Shown: in pieces, positions 27,418 through 36,166 of the stretch
Layout: every line of letters starts with the position of its first letter
Numbering within the stretch: position 1 is the stretch's first letter
The notes under the pieces: model-generated
The model's database searches: none
Told to the model about the DNA's origin: nothing
The model's input: the letters and a program-made list of their open reading frames with translations, nothing else
Translations under genes and position numbers: made by a program
Source: an uncultured delta proteobacterium
Lineage (GTDB): Bacteria > Myxococcota_A > UBA9160 > UBA6930
NCBI GenBank assembly: GCA_963766175.1
Contig: CAVXZE010000021.1
Span: forward strand, 64,363-128,362
Reading direction: 5' to 3'
DNA length: 64,000 bases

Positions 27418-27820
27418 TGGCCTGGTCCTCCAGGAAGCAGATGATGTCCTGCCGATCCTCACTCCGCTTGAGTCCGGTGAACGGCATCCAGTTGCTGTCG
27501 ACGAATGCCGCAGGGTCCGCGAGGTACCGATCGAGCTTCTCGCGGTCCCAGGTGAAGTCGGCATCCCGAAACGCGTGGGAGTAGTCGAAGCCGGGGGCGG
27601 TGCCCGCCTTTCGCTCGATCACCCCGTTCAGGTTGGGACCGACCACGTGCGGGCCTCCGGCTTCGGCCGTGTGGCAGGGCTGGCATTTCACGAAGACCTG
27701 CCGGCCCCTGGTCTGATCGCAGACGCGCGTCTCATCGCCGGCGGAGGAGACCAGCGCGGCCAATCCGACGCCGGCGAGCGCGGCGCCCAGCCACAGGACC
27801 TTGGCGGATCTGAAGCGCAT
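27410..27820 (-). CDS. Class I c-type cytochrome (c2/c550-like), secreted
   Basis: 136 aa. It has a signal peptide, the haem motif CQPCH, the following GPNLNGV, and a distal Met region (NWMPFTGL). Confidence 0.85.
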   Translation of the reverse strand: MRFRSAKVLWLGAALAGVGLAALVSSAGDETRVCDQTRGRQVFVKCQPCHTAEAGGPHVVGPNLNGVIERKAGTAPGFDYSHAFRDADFTWDREKLDRYLADPAAFVDSNWMPFTGLKRSEDRQDIICFLEDQASD

Positions 27821-28011
27821 TCGGAGCCTCCCGTTCTCGGGCGCGGCGAAACGACCCTACGCCAAGGAATCTGCGAGCGGCTATGACGGCCATCATACCC
27901 GGGACCTCTCGGTCGAACCTCCCGCGCCTGCCAGCCCGGTGGGCTATCGTGGAGAGCCCCCCAACAGCGACAGAGGATGAATCCCAAGTTCCTTTCAATG
28001 GAGGTCTCGAG

Positions 28012-28362
28012 ATGAAAGTCATCAGCCTGGACCAGATCACCCGAAACAAGGTGGACATGGAAGGCGCAAAGGATGTCTGCAAGCAGATACCCCTGGGTCA
28101 GAATGACGGCTCACCGGCGTACTCGTTCCGCGTATTCAGCCTCGATCCCAACGGTCACACCCCGTACCACCGACACCCGTACGAGCACCTGAACTACGTG
28201 ATCGAAGGCCATGGCACACTGATCGAGGAGAGCGGCGCCGCGCGCGAGGTCAAGAAGGGGGATTTCGCTCTGGTCCTTCCGAACGAGAAACACCAGTACA
28301 GGAACGAATCGAAGGATGAGCCGTTCGTGATGATTTGCGCGGTGCCGAAGGAGTTCGAGTAG
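28012..28362 (+). CDS. Cupin domain protein
   Basis: ATG 28012 lies after GGAGG. The cupin motifs are GHTPYHRHPYEHLNYVIEG and GDFALVLPNEKHQYRN. The protein is 116 aa. Confidence 0.85.
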   Translation: MKVISLDQITRNKVDMEGAKDVCKQIPLGQNDGSPAYSFRVFSLDPNGHTPYHRHPYEHLNYVIEGHGTLIEESGAAREVKKGDFALVLPNEKHQYRNESKDEPFVMICAVPKEFE

Positions 28363-28453
28363 AGAGCTCGATCCGGCTGCATCCGCGTCGGGAAGCGCGC
28401 GGTGCCATCCGGAGGTGATTCATGGCCTACCAACACTACGATCGTCTCACCGC

Positions 28454-28681
28454 TCTGGACCCCAGTTTCCCGTCTACCTGCTCGGCGCGCGGATGCAGGA
28501 GATCTATCCGCTGGTGCCGCTGGCTGGCAATCAGGGCCTCGGAATCGCGCTCTTCAGCTACGACGGGGGGCTCTACTGGGGCCTCAACGCGGACTGGGAC
28601 GCACTGCCCGACATCCACAGCATGGTGAAGGGCCTGCACGAGGAGTTCGAATCTCTCCACAAGGCGGCCCTCAAGAGCTGA
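28454..28681 (+). pseudogene. 3' remnant of a wax-ester synthase/diacylglycerol acyltransferase (WS/DGAT, DUF1298) gene
   Basis: SGPQFPVYLLGARMQEIYPLVPLAGNQGLGIALFSYDGGLYWGLNADWDALPDI matches the conserved WS/DGAT C-terminus (NVPGP..PLY..GA....P.....Q.L.I...SY.G.L..G...D...PD). There is no N-terminal HHxxxDG domain upstream. Confidence 0.6.
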
Positions 28682-28692
28682 GGCGAGGCAGT

Positions 28693-31600
28693 CTAGAAGG
28701 TGTAGCGGATGCGCATCCAGAGCTCGTCGCGCTCTCGAATCGCCGCGAGCCCGTTCTCCACGAAGCTGCGGTAGTCGCCGCGGCCGACCCGAGGATCCAG
28801 CGAATTCTGATAGAGTGGAGCCACCCTCTTCTGGAAGCTCCCGAAGAATCCGGCCATGCCCACGGAAGCCGACAAGTTCTCCGTCAGGCGGTAGGTCACC
28901 TCCGGCAAGATCGCCCCCGAAACCGACCCGAAGTCGTAGACGAAGGTGACGCTGGGAAGCAGGCGATCCTGAAAGTAGCCGGTGCTGACCGAGAAGGTCG
29001 CCAGCACGTTGAAGGGGCCGTTGCTGGTGAAGCCCCTCTCGTAGCCGTTCACGTACTGGAAGAACCACTGCGTGTTGAAGAACATGGTCCGGTTCTGGTT
29101 CAGGAAGTTCACGAAGGTGGGGCGGTCGATCGACAGCGTCAAGTTGTAGGTGTCCGCCAGACTGGTGTTCTCGAATTTGTTGTGGTTCGTGAAGGGCAGC
29201 CCCTCGATCCAGGTGAACTCGACGCCCCAGTTCGACTTGCTGAAGTCCTCGGCAAAGTCCATCGAGAAGCCGAGCACGTTGCGCTTCTGGTAGCGAAGTG
29301 CGAGGTCGCCTCCGCCGTGCCAGGTGAAGTCCCGACGTCCGAATTGGCCGTTGCCGCCGGCGATGACCGCGTTCCGTCGCACTCCGGTGATGGAGTCGTA
29401 GGCAGAGACGTTGCCGCAGTAGTTCGGCGCGGCGAAGGAGCATCCGTTCGTGCGGAAGGGGTCGTTCGGAGCGAACTCGTCGTCCTGCGGGTGGTCGGGA
29501 TCCTCGGGGAGCGAGAGCGCCGTAATCACCATCAGGACGTTCCAGGAGACGATCGCCATCTCGCTGTGCCACTGCTGTCCGGTAAAGGGATGGACGCGCT
29601 GGTACTGCCCGGGGATCGCGACGACGGAATCGTCCCCGAAGGTGGAGCCGTCGACGTTGATGTTGTAACCGGGATCACCAGGCCCCCGGCAGCCGGGCAG
29701 GATGAAGGTCTTGCCACCCTCGTAGCGGGTGCAGGCCGGGCCACCCTGGAAGCCCACCGTGCCAGGCTGGGGCCTCGAGGCGTCCGTCGTGAACGGCACG
29801 GTCCCCTGTACGAAGGTTCCCTCGAAATGCGGCCAGGCAAGCATCGACGCGCTGGCCTCAGAGTTCATCAGGTCCATCCCGTCGATGTCGCAGTTGGTGC
29901 CGTAGAAGGGACCGCAGCCCAGCAGCGCCTCCTGCTCGTCGGTCAGGACCGACGAGAGCCCGTACTGGGCGAAGATGTTCTGGACCGCAATGGGGTGATT
30001 CATGGGGGGGCCGTCGTTGGGATTCACGACGAGCGGGACCAAGGGAGTCACGACGCCGTTCGGGTAGAAGTCGGGGAGGGTGTTGCCAGCCGTCATGGCG
30101 CGCACCTGGTTCTGAGCGTCCGGGCCGTAACCGGCCAAGGCGAGAAAGATCGCTCCGCCGGTCACCCCGAAAGCAGCGTTCGGATCCTGACCCGAGAGGC
30201 CCAGGCCGACCGCCACCGCCACCGTGGGCGAGAGGGGGTTGGTGGTGTCCGCCAGGTTCTGGCTGTTGTAGACGGTCTGGCCGCAGGCGGCGGTGTCGAG
30301 AGCGTTGAAGCCGATGCTGGTGGCGCAGATGAAGTGGAAATTCTGCTGGTTCACGCTGTGCTGGGTCAGCGCATTGCTCGGCTTGAGGCAGCTCGCCTCC
30401 TTGCCAGTCCGGCAGGGACCCGTGGACATCGTATGGCGAGGCCGACCCGAGAGCGGATCCACGTTGCGGCTGTAGCTGAAGATCGGGTCCACGTAGGCCC
30501 CGTCGTTGTAGCCGTAGAAGTCGGTGATGGCGAAGCTGAAGCGGTCGTAACGCCATTCCAGACGGCCGCCCACCTCGATCCCCGACCAGCTGTCCCAGGG
30601 ATTCGAGGGCCGCACCTCTCCCGCGATCGCGGCCTGGGTGAATCCGTGGGCCATCAGACCCCAGGTCTTGTCGCAGACCGGGAGCGGCGAATAGGGCTCG
30701 CCGCAGCGCCCGAGGTCGGTCGGCTCGAACTCGTCGTAGTTCATCGCCAGCTCGAGGCGAACGTCCTCGAGAGGCCCGACGTTGTAGAAGGACCAGACCG
30801 CCCGCAGCGCCCAGAGGCCGATCCGCGACTCCTCCAGGTTCGTCAGCGAGCCAAGAGCGAGATCCTGGGGATTGAACTGGTCGGTGGTGCGGAACAGCTC
30901 CGTCTTGCCCCAGACGATGTTCTGCTTGCCGATCCGCAGCCAGAGCCGGCTGTCGAGCATCTCGATATCGGCGTAGAGTTCCTTCAGCTCCTTCTCGTCC
31001 TGCTGGCTCGCGCCGCGGTTCCAGGCCAGCTCGTCCTGGCTGAAGTTCTGGTCGAAGCTCCCGAACTTGTCCCTCCGGTACATCTCGGCGACCTCGTAGT
31101 TGGGCAGCCACAGGCCCTGGGCCACCTCCCCGCGACCCTTGCGAGGCCCGGCGAGTAGATTCGGCGCAGGCCGGAGCGGAAGGGTGCTGCCCCCGACTCC
31201 ACCGAGGACCGGGTTATAGTCGATGGGGCTCAGGGGATTCGCCTTGTCGGCCATGGCAGCGGCCGGGATGATCTCGCAGTCGGGTGTGTGAGGGAGGTTC
31301 CGGATGCCTACCAGCTCGGCGTTCCCCTTCTGCCTCTGGACGCCAAACAGGCACTTCTTCGGATTCATGAAGCCGTAGGTGTAGTAGGGGAAGGGGTCGT
31401 CCTCGGTTCCGAACTCGCCGTCCGGGCCCAGGCTGGCGGAAAGATTCTCGAGGCCGGGGATATAGGAAAAGGTCATCGGCTGGCGAGAGGGAGTCGGAAT
31501 GTCCCTCAGGTTGAAGCTCAACTGCAGCGGGTTCGAGTACTGCCGGAAACGCCGGGTGTCGCCATTGAACGCCTGCAGGCTGTAGCCGGTCCGCCGACCG

Positions 31601-31983
31601 TCCAGCAGCCGCTTGGGGAGCCTCTTGGAGCGGTCGCCGTAGGTATCCGCCGAGGAGAAGATGCCGCAGCCTCGGGTCCACACGCAGTCGTAGCGGACCT
31701 CGATGCGGCCGAAGGCCGAGATCAAGTCGAAGGGACCGAAACCGTCGGGGGCGATTTCCGCCTCTATCTCCAGGTTGAGGATGTGATACCACTGGGTGAG
31801 ATCCCAGCCGTCCTGGTAGTCGAAGTTGTTGGCGATGGATCGGACTTGCATGCCGTAGAAGCCGTGAATCGCGAGCCGTCCGTCCCAGAATTCGAGCGCA
31901 GCAGCCGGCGCCCCCAAGACGGTCAGCACGGCAATCGCGCAGACAGCACCACCAACACACCGAAACGCAGAAGCTCCCCTCAT
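28693..31983 (-). CDS. Large outer-membrane beta-barrel protein (DUF1302-like)
   Basis: 1,096 aa from ATG 31983, with AGGAGG upstream. The signal peptide ends AAALE. The composition is rich in Gly/Asn/Asp/aromatics with alternating patterns, and the protein ends ...WMRIRYTF (the terminal Phe of OM barrels). Confidence 0.8.
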   Translation of the reverse strand: MRGASAFRCVGGAVCAIAVLTVLGAPAAALEFWDGRLAIHGFYGMQVRSIANNFDYQDGWDLTQWYHILNLEIEAEIAPDGFGPFDLISAFGRIEVRYDCVWTRGCGIFSSADTYGDRSKRLPKRLLDGRRTGYSLQAFNGDTRRFRQYSNPLQLSFNLRDIPTPSRQPMTFSYIPGLENLSASLGPDGEFGTEDDPFPYYTYGFMNPKKCLFGVQRQKGNAELVGIRNLPHTPDCEIIPAAAMADKANPLSPIDYNPVLGGVGGSTLPLRPAPNLLAGPRKGRGEVAQGLWLPNYEVAEMYRRDKFGSFDQNFSQDELAWNRGASQQDEKELKELYADIEMLDSRLWLRIGKQNIVWGKTELFRTTDQFNPQDLALGSLTNLEESRIGLWALRAVWSFYNVGPLEDVRLELAMNYDEFEPTDLGRCGEPYSPLPVCDKTWGLMAHGFTQAAIAGEVRPSNPWDSWSGIEVGGRLEWRYDRFSFAITDFYGYNDGAYVDPIFSYSRNVDPLSGRPRHTMSTGPCRTGKEASCLKPSNALTQHSVNQQNFHFICATSIGFNALDTAACGQTVYNSQNLADTTNPLSPTVAVAVGLGLSGQDPNAAFGVTGGAIFLALAGYGPDAQNQVRAMTAGNTLPDFYPNGVVTPLVPLVVNPNDGPPMNHPIAVQNIFAQYGLSSVLTDEQEALLGCGPFYGTNCDIDGMDLMNSEASASMLAWPHFEGTFVQGTVPFTTDASRPQPGTVGFQGGPACTRYEGGKTFILPGCRGPGDPGYNINVDGSTFGDDSVVAIPGQYQRVHPFTGQQWHSEMAIVSWNVLMVITALSLPEDPDHPQDDEFAPNDPFRTNGCSFAAPNYCGNVSAYDSITGVRRNAVIAGGNGQFGRRDFTWHGGGDLALRYQKRNVLGFSMDFAEDFSKSNWGVEFTWIEGLPFTNHNKFENTSLADTYNLTLSIDRPTFVNFLNQNRTMFFNTQWFFQYVNGYERGFTSNGPFNVLATFSVSTGYFQDRLLPSVTFVYDFGSVSGAILPEVTYRLTENLSASVGMAGFFGSFQKRVAPLYQNSLDPRVGRGDYRSFVENGLAAIRERDELWMRIRYTF

Positions 31984-32190
31984 GACCCCTCCTGCCGCGT
32001 TTGGCCCCACCTGCCGGCGGGGTGAACAGGTAAAGTCTTATCAGTTTCAAAGCGGTCCAACCAGTTCTCCGGGGTAGAGTTCATTCGTCGTGGAGGCGTT
32101 CGGCCCCTCGGGCGCGGACTAATCTGTGGGGCAATACCCACGACTCCGTTGGTCTTGGAGGGCTGACGCGCCTCACCGCTCGCGACGGAC

Positions 32191-33714
32191 TCAGGCCAGG
32201 GTCAGGAGACGGTGCGCGCCGCTGGTGCGCTCCTGGATCGGCAAGCCGTGTGGACAGGCGCCGGTGCAGGGAGCGCTGCAACCGAAACAGGCGTCCGCCT
32301 GCCGCTCGAGCTTGGCGTAGAGACGCATCGCTTCCTTCTCGTCGCCGTAATCCTCGAAGTACATGCGGTACCGGAGCACGTCGTCGATGGCCAGGCCCGC
32401 CGGGCACGAATCCAGGCACGTCCCGCAGTGCTGGTAGCAGTGGCGCGCGGCGTTCAGCCGGTCGTACTTCTCGAGCAGTGCGAGGTCCCTTGCGGTCGGC
32501 CGCTGCCCCGAGGCGTAAAGGTACTCGTCCACGTGTTGGAGGTCGTAGAACGAGATCACCAGGCCGGAGACGTTGGGGTTGCTGAGCACCCACTTGAAGG
32601 CGGCCTGGGTGTACGTGTCCGCCTCGTCCCGGTTCTCGAGCAGACCGCGATGTCGCGCGCCCTTGAGCGTCTTCATGGCGACGACACCGACGTCGTTCTC
32701 CGCCGCGCGGTCGATGATCTCGCCCAGTAGCGGCCACGAGCCGTAGTGGTAGGCGAGCATCATCACGTCGAACCGGCCACTGTCGATCGCGCCGGTCGCG
32801 ATCTCCTCCATCCGCGGGGTATGTGACGAAAAGCCCAGGAAGCGCACCTTCCCCTGCTCCTTCAGGCGGTCGAAGGCCTCTTGGGTGTTCGGGGCGAGCA
32901 GCCGCTCCACCGAGTTGCAGGCGTGGATGTGCACCAGGTCCACGTGGTCGGTCTGTAGGCGCTCGAGGCTCGCCTCGACCACGTCCATGTGTTCGCGCAC
33001 GCTCGCGCTCGGCGAGAGGTGTCCCTGCGGCGTGCAGAACTTGGTGGCGATGAACATCTGGTCCCGGTGCCCCTTCATCGCGCGACCGAGGAGCAGCTCG
33101 GAGCCCGACTCCGCGTAGTCCGGAGCGGTGTCGAAGTAGTTGACGCCCAGCTCGATCAGGCGCCGGGCGATCTCCTCGCCACCCTTCTCGGCGCGAATCT
33201 TGGTCGATCCGAGGGAGATGTCGGAGATTCGCGCCTCGGTGCGCCCGAGCCGCCGGTACTCCTGGATGCGGGAGCCACGCCACGCCGCCTGCGGGCTCGG
33301 GTCCTCGGTGGGCGCCTCCGCGTCGCCCATCGGCTTCGACACGATGAGCCAGGGAGAGAAACGCGCAAAGCTGGCCGCGCCCACGCCCAGCACACCGCCG
33401 AGGCTCGCGCCCACGCCGGCGAGGAAGCGGCGACGGCCGGATGGTGCCTCCACGCCTTCCGGAGCGCCGGCGGCGCGGGCGGGGCGTCGGCGCGCCCAGA
33501 CGACGGTGAGGGCGAGGGAGACGATCAAGGCCACCAGTGGAATCGCGATCAGCGGCTTCGAGATCTGCCCCGGCAGGATTCCCTCGATCAGCCGAGAGAC
33601 GAATTCTCCGAGTCCGAAGTACCCCGCCACGAAGGTCAGAAGCCATGCGGCGGCGACGATCCATCCGGACAGTGAGCCGCGCTTGCCGCTGCTCGTCACG
33701 CTTTCCTGAGACAT
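32191..33714 (-). CDS. Aldo/keto reductase with C-terminal Fe-S Cys cluster, N-terminal 2-TM hairpin and internal twin-arginine motif
   Basis: From ATG 33714 there are two TM helices, then SGRRRFLAGVGASLGGVLGVGAASFA. The AKR core follows (GVNYFDTAPDYAESGSELLLG), and the C-terminus reads CYQHCGTCLDSCP...CFGCSAPCTGACP. Confidence 0.85.
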   Translation of the reverse strand: MSQESVTSSGKRGSLSGWIVAAAWLLTFVAGYFGLGEFVSRLIEGILPGQISKPLIAIPLVALIVSLALTVVWARRRPARAAGAPEGVEAPSGRRRFLAGVGASLGGVLGVGAASFARFSPWLIVSKPMGDAEAPTEDPSPQAAWRGSRIQEYRRLGRTEARISDISLGSTKIRAEKGGEEIARRLIELGVNYFDTAPDYAESGSELLLGRAMKGHRDQMFIATKFCTPQGHLSPSASVREHMDVVEASLERLQTDHVDLVHIHACNSVERLLAPNTQEAFDRLKEQGKVRFLGFSSHTPRMEEIATGAIDSGRFDVMMLAYHYGSWPLLGEIIDRAAENDVGVVAMKTLKGARHRGLLENRDEADTYTQAAFKWVLSNPNVSGLVISFYDLQHVDEYLYASGQRPTARDLALLEKYDRLNAARHCYQHCGTCLDSCPAGLAIDDVLRYRMYFEDYGDEKEAMRLYAKLERQADACFGCSAPCTGACPHGLPIQERTSGAHRLLTLA

Positions 33715-33743
33715 CCCCACCACCCCTCCGGCGCCTCGGCGGA

Positions 33744-34805
33744 CTACGTCCAACCGTGCTCGTAGCCCGTTTCGTACATCGCCACGATGTTCTCAGGCGG
33801 GCTGATCGCCTGAATGTTGTGACACGGGGCCAGTATATACCTGCCCCCTTCCCCGAGGATACGGAGATTGTCGAGAACTTCCCGACGGACGTCCTCGGGG
33901 GAGCCAAAGGCCAGCGTCTGTTGATTGTCCACGGCGCCGTGGAAGACCAGATCGTCCCCGAAATCTCGCTCGAGACCCTCTCTCTCCATGCCGGCGCATC
34001 GCCACTGGACGGGGTTCAAGATGTCGATCCCGGCATCGATCATGTCGGGAACGATCTTCCGGATCGCTCCGTCGTTGTGATGGAATACGAAAGCTCCAGC
34101 TTGGTGAACCAGGTCGATCATCCGCTTCATCCGAGGAATCAGGAATTCGCGGATGTGCGCGGGCGAATACAGCAGGCCCTTCTGGCTCCCCATGTCTTCT
34201 GAGACGTAACTGAGCAGGACCTGACCGGGCAATTGCTCGAAGATGCGTCGCGTGTTCTCGTAGCAGAAGCCGAACAGCCGATCGAGGCAGAAGTGCACCA
34301 TCTCGGGGTTGTCCAACAGGTCGATCAGAGCCTGCTCCTGCCCACGCAAGAACGTGTAGGTCAGGAAAGGCTCCGATCCCCCGCCGCGGATCGGGCGCGT
34401 CTCCTTCCCCCGGACCTGGCTCGGAATCACCGAGTAGTCGTACCAATCGGGGTCGGGCCAGCGGTCGTAGCCACGCTCGATCTCGTCGAGCGTCTGAAAC
34501 TCGGCCAGTGGATGATGGGTGCACTCGAGATACTTCCCGCTTCCGTAGTCGGCCGCCTGGTATCGGCAGCCAAAGGAATCCTCACCCGGCGGCAGTCGAG
34601 GCCCCTCGTATGTCGGCCCCACGTAGACGGGCACGTCGAGGTGCAGACGCTGGTAGAGGTCCTCGAGATCCCCACATCCCAGGTGTTTCATGAGCCGGGT
34701 GTTGGCCTCGCCGGTGGCCCAGTAGTCCATCGGCAGGCGATCCGGCGTCTCGCCATGTAGGACCGCCAGCCAGCGCTCGCGCGCCGTCATCGTCTCCTTC
34801 GGCAT
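33744..34805 (-). CDS. URO-D (uroporphyrinogen decarboxylase / MtaA-like) family protein
   Basis: 353 aa from ATG 34805 (MPKETMTARERWLAVLHGETPDRLPMDYW). It has the URO-D-type TIM-barrel pattern, with FHHNDG in place of the MtaA H-x-C-G motif. Confidence 0.85.
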   Translation of the reverse strand: MPKETMTARERWLAVLHGETPDRLPMDYWATGEANTRLMKHLGCGDLEDLYQRLHLDVPVYVGPTYEGPRLPPGEDSFGCRYQAADYGSGKYLECTHHPLAEFQTLDEIERGYDRWPDPDWYDYSVIPSQVRGKETRPIRGGGSEPFLTYTFLRGQEQALIDLLDNPEMVHFCLDRLFGFCYENTRRIFEQLPGQVLLSYVSEDMGSQKGLLYSPAHIREFLIPRMKRMIDLVHQAGAFVFHHNDGAIRKIVPDMIDAGIDILNPVQWRCAGMEREGLERDFGDDLVFHGAVDNQQTLAFGSPEDVRREVLDNLRILGEGGRYILAPCHNIQAISPPENIVAMYETGYEHGWT

Positions 34806-34822
34806 CGTCGAGGACCGTCTCC

Positions 34823-35977
34823 TCAGTCCACGAGAGCCGAGAGCACCAGATCCGAGAGTTGTTGGAGGCGGTCGAAGTTGTTCGATTCCTCCAGGAGCCC
34901 CGCGGTCAGGCAGACGAAGACGATCTCCCGCTGCGGATCGACCCAGAACATCGTCGAGCCCGCGCCGAGGCCGCCAAAGGTGCGCGGCGAAGTAGTGAGC
35001 CCGAAGGGCGTCTGGAAGATGCCCTCGCCGCGCAGGAAGAAGCCGAGCCCCAGTACTGCGGGAAACTCGTCCCACCCCCGGTGCTCGCGCATGTAGTCGA
35101 AGAGGTGGTTCGGCTCCGCGCCGGTGTGGTTTCGGGTGGCGAGGTCCAGGAGCGCGGGAGAGAGGATCCGCACACCGTCCAGCTCCCCGCCGCGGCGCAG
35201 CGTCTCTGCCCAACGGTAGACGTCGTAGGCCGTCGCGACGCCCCCCCCTCCCGGGATCTCCGTCTTCTCGTCGAGCAGAACGTTCATGGCCTCGAGCAGC
35301 TCGGGCACGAAGAGGCCCGGGCTGCGGTCGCGAACCACGACCGGGACCCGGCGCGCGGCCAGATCCGCGCGCAGGCCGAGAGCGGTGTCCTTCATCCCGA
35401 GCGGCGTAAAGAACTCGTCCGCCAGGATCTGACGGAAGGCGCGCGCGCCTCCGTCCAGGCGACGCACCAGCTCTCCGAGAACGGCATGGGCGCCGATCGG
35501 GCTGTAGCTGACCAGGCGCCCGGGCGCGGAGAGGAGGGGTTGAGCGGAGACGGCGGCCGCCATCGCCTCCAGGTCCCCGAGCTTGTCCGGCGGAAGCGGC
35601 GGCATCTCCGACGACATCCCCCCGGTCTGGGTGAGGAGATGCGCCACCGTAACGCGCTGCTTGCCCTTGACGCCGAACTCGGGAATGACCTCTGCCACGG
35701 GGGTGGTGAGCTGGATCTCACCGCGATCGACCCGGGCGAGTACGGCCGCGGCAGTGAAGGTCTTGGTGACGGAGAAGAGGCAAAAGACGTCATCGGTGCG
35801 CGCCCGACGCTGGCTCGTCCGCTCGGCGAAGCCAACCGCCTCGTGGAGGGCGATCTCGCCGCGCCGTGCAACCACCACCGCGGCTCCGTCGTAGCGCTCC
35901 GCGTCGACGTCTGCCTCGATGGTCTGGACGAGTCGCTCCAGGCGGCTCTCGTCGAATCCCAGATCCCGTGCCTTCAT
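34823..35977 (-). CDS. Serine hydrolase, beta-lactamase/esterase (class C-like) family
   Basis: 384 aa. The S-x-x-K nucleophile motif is FSVTKTF. Length and pattern are typical of the family. Confidence 0.9.
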   Translation of the reverse strand: MKARDLGFDESRLERLVQTIEADVDAERYDGAAVVVARRGEIALHEAVGFAERTSQRRARTDDVFCLFSVTKTFTAAAVLARVDRGEIQLTTPVAEVIPEFGVKGKQRVTVAHLLTQTGGMSSEMPPLPPDKLGDLEAMAAAVSAQPLLSAPGRLVSYSPIGAHAVLGELVRRLDGGARAFRQILADEFFTPLGMKDTALGLRADLAARRVPVVVRDRSPGLFVPELLEAMNVLLDEKTEIPGGGGVATAYDVYRWAETLRRGGELDGVRILSPALLDLATRNHTGAEPNHLFDYMREHRGWDEFPAVLGLGFFLRGEGIFQTPFGLTTSPRTFGGLGAGSTMFWVDPQREIVFVCLTAGLLEESNNFDRLQQLSDLVLSALVD

Positions 35978-36166
35978 GGGCTCTCCTCCAAGACGACCAG
36001 GGAAGCCGGAGAAGCGGCGTCGCCGGCCAACGTCGGGAGATTGTCGCTCGGGGCCCTTTCAGCCGCCACCCGCGCATCCGCCAGTGGCCTTTTGGGGGAA
36101 GGGATCTCTGTGCGTATAATCGACCTCCGCTCCTCGAATCGAGCCAACCGAGAGGGAGAAGAGCCC

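Noticed and set aside
34859-36166. The N-terminal 436 codons of the 826-aa ORF 34859-37339.
   Set aside because: This part is antisense to the serine-hydrolase gene and junk-like. The thiolase sequence begins at ATG 36167, which has its own SD.
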